From Malacoraja senta (Eukaryota): a DNA stretch of 64,000 nucleotides. Below, piece after piece: positions 63,120 through 64,000 of this stretch. The notes below the pieces were generated by a model. It was not told the origin of the DNA. It saw only the letters and a list, made by a program, of their open reading frames with translations, and ran no database searches. Every line of letters begins with the position of its first letter. Positions within the stretch are counted from its first letter, which is position 1. The stretch lies in the NCBI GenBank assembly GCA_038087875.1, contig CM075977.1, positions 46,004,001 to 46,068,000 on the forward strand, in the 5' to 3' direction. Position numbers and translations under genes: made by a program.

Positions 63120-63219
63120 AGACTCCCAACAGCTGGCAAATCTTCTCTCGTCCATCTTGCGCTCCCAAATACTTGTTCCTATGTATAAATTGTCCATAAG
63201 TCAGGCATTTGTAACTGTC

Positions 63220-63292
63220 GCTGCAAATATTTTAGAGCATATCTCTACTGACTAATTTTGTTCATAGAGATATGCTCTAAAATGGTTGCAGC
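63220..63292. repeat. 28-bp-arm hairpin
   Basis: GCTGCAAATATTTTAGAGCATATCTCTA / TAGAGATATGCTCTAAAATGGTTGCAGC, 26 of 28 paired, with a 17-nt loop. Confidence 0.85.
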
Positions 63293-63309
63293 ACATGTTT
63301 TTGGAAGTT

Positions 63310-63540
63310 AGAAGGTGATGAATCTGTAGAATTCATTGCACCTGTGAAGCCCAAGTTAATTGATATTTTTGAAGGTGGAGATTAAAAAATTATTGATTAG
63401 TACAGGTGTCAGGGATTATGGGGAGAAGGCAGGATAGTGTGGTTGAGAGGGAAAGATAGATCAGCCATGATTGAATGGGGAGAAGACCTGTCAGGTCAAA
63501 TGGCCTTATTCTGTTCCTATAACTTATGATTTTATGAACT
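63310..63540 (+). mobile_element. CR1 3' tail fragment
   Basis: GGTGATGAATCTG..ATGGGGAGAAGGCAGGA..GATCAGCCATGATTGAATGG..AATGGCC..TTCTGTTCCTAT. Confidence 0.75.
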
Positions 63541-64000
63541 CATCACTTTTAATTCCCTGGACAACTGTCTATAACAAACTAATGATCTGAGCCACCCACA
63601 AACCAGTGCCATGATGATTAAGCAACACTGTGATCCTTTCAATCAAATTACCACGTAAGGTGAGAATGGTCATCTTGCACAATTTATTATTGTTGTCTAA
63701 TCCACAAATAATTATCGTTGTCTAATCCATAAAGTATCATAGGAAATACATACAACCTTATAGGTTCTCTGTTAGCCATACATAAGACACTAACAACAGG
63801 AGTAGCAGGCCGATGGGTCCTTGGAACCTGCTTCACTATTCACTAAGATTATGTCTGATCTTATCTTGGTCTCAACAATATGTTATTTGATGGATGTGTT
63901 ATATTATTACATTATTGAAAAAAAAAAATCATGCATTTCCCTTTTAAAGAAACTGCGTCACTGTTGGAATAACTTGGATGAAACAATAAAAGATCAGTAT

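Overview
This is a repeat-dense eukaryotic window with five N-gaps (391-600, 3496-3696, 4402-4601, 11305-12297, 19998-20259). It is vertebrate, and I infer an elasmobranch, probably a skate or ray, from HE1-type V-SINEs, CR1 tails, Deu-SINE relics and Penelope fragments. No intact host protein-coding gene, rRNA, tRNA or CRISPR array is recognisable. The main elements are: a near-intact L1 (-, 4602-9805); a full-length degenerate Gypsy/Mag-like LTR element (-, 14368-19040); a full-length DIRS1 tyrosine-recombinase retrotransposon (+, 30395-35157) inserted in a CR1; a full-length CR1 with an esterase ORF1, nested in a Harbinger MITE that is itself inside another CR1; non-autonomous Helitrons; Harbinger MITEs; and Rex1/Babar, L2 and Penelope fragments. 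Four observations stand out. (1) A decayed FAM110C-like host-gene fragment (53773-54248) lies directly behind tandem Helitron-like units and is a candidate gene capture. (2) A GT-AG pair in the DIRS element would splice out RT/RNase H/methyltransferase and fuse Gag in frame to the tyrosine recombinase. (3) The DIRS integration footprint can be fully reconstructed (TATT crossover core). (4) A high-copy family of short palindromic repeats carries minimal hammerhead-ribozyme-like cores. Family names come from recalled motifs, not database searches.
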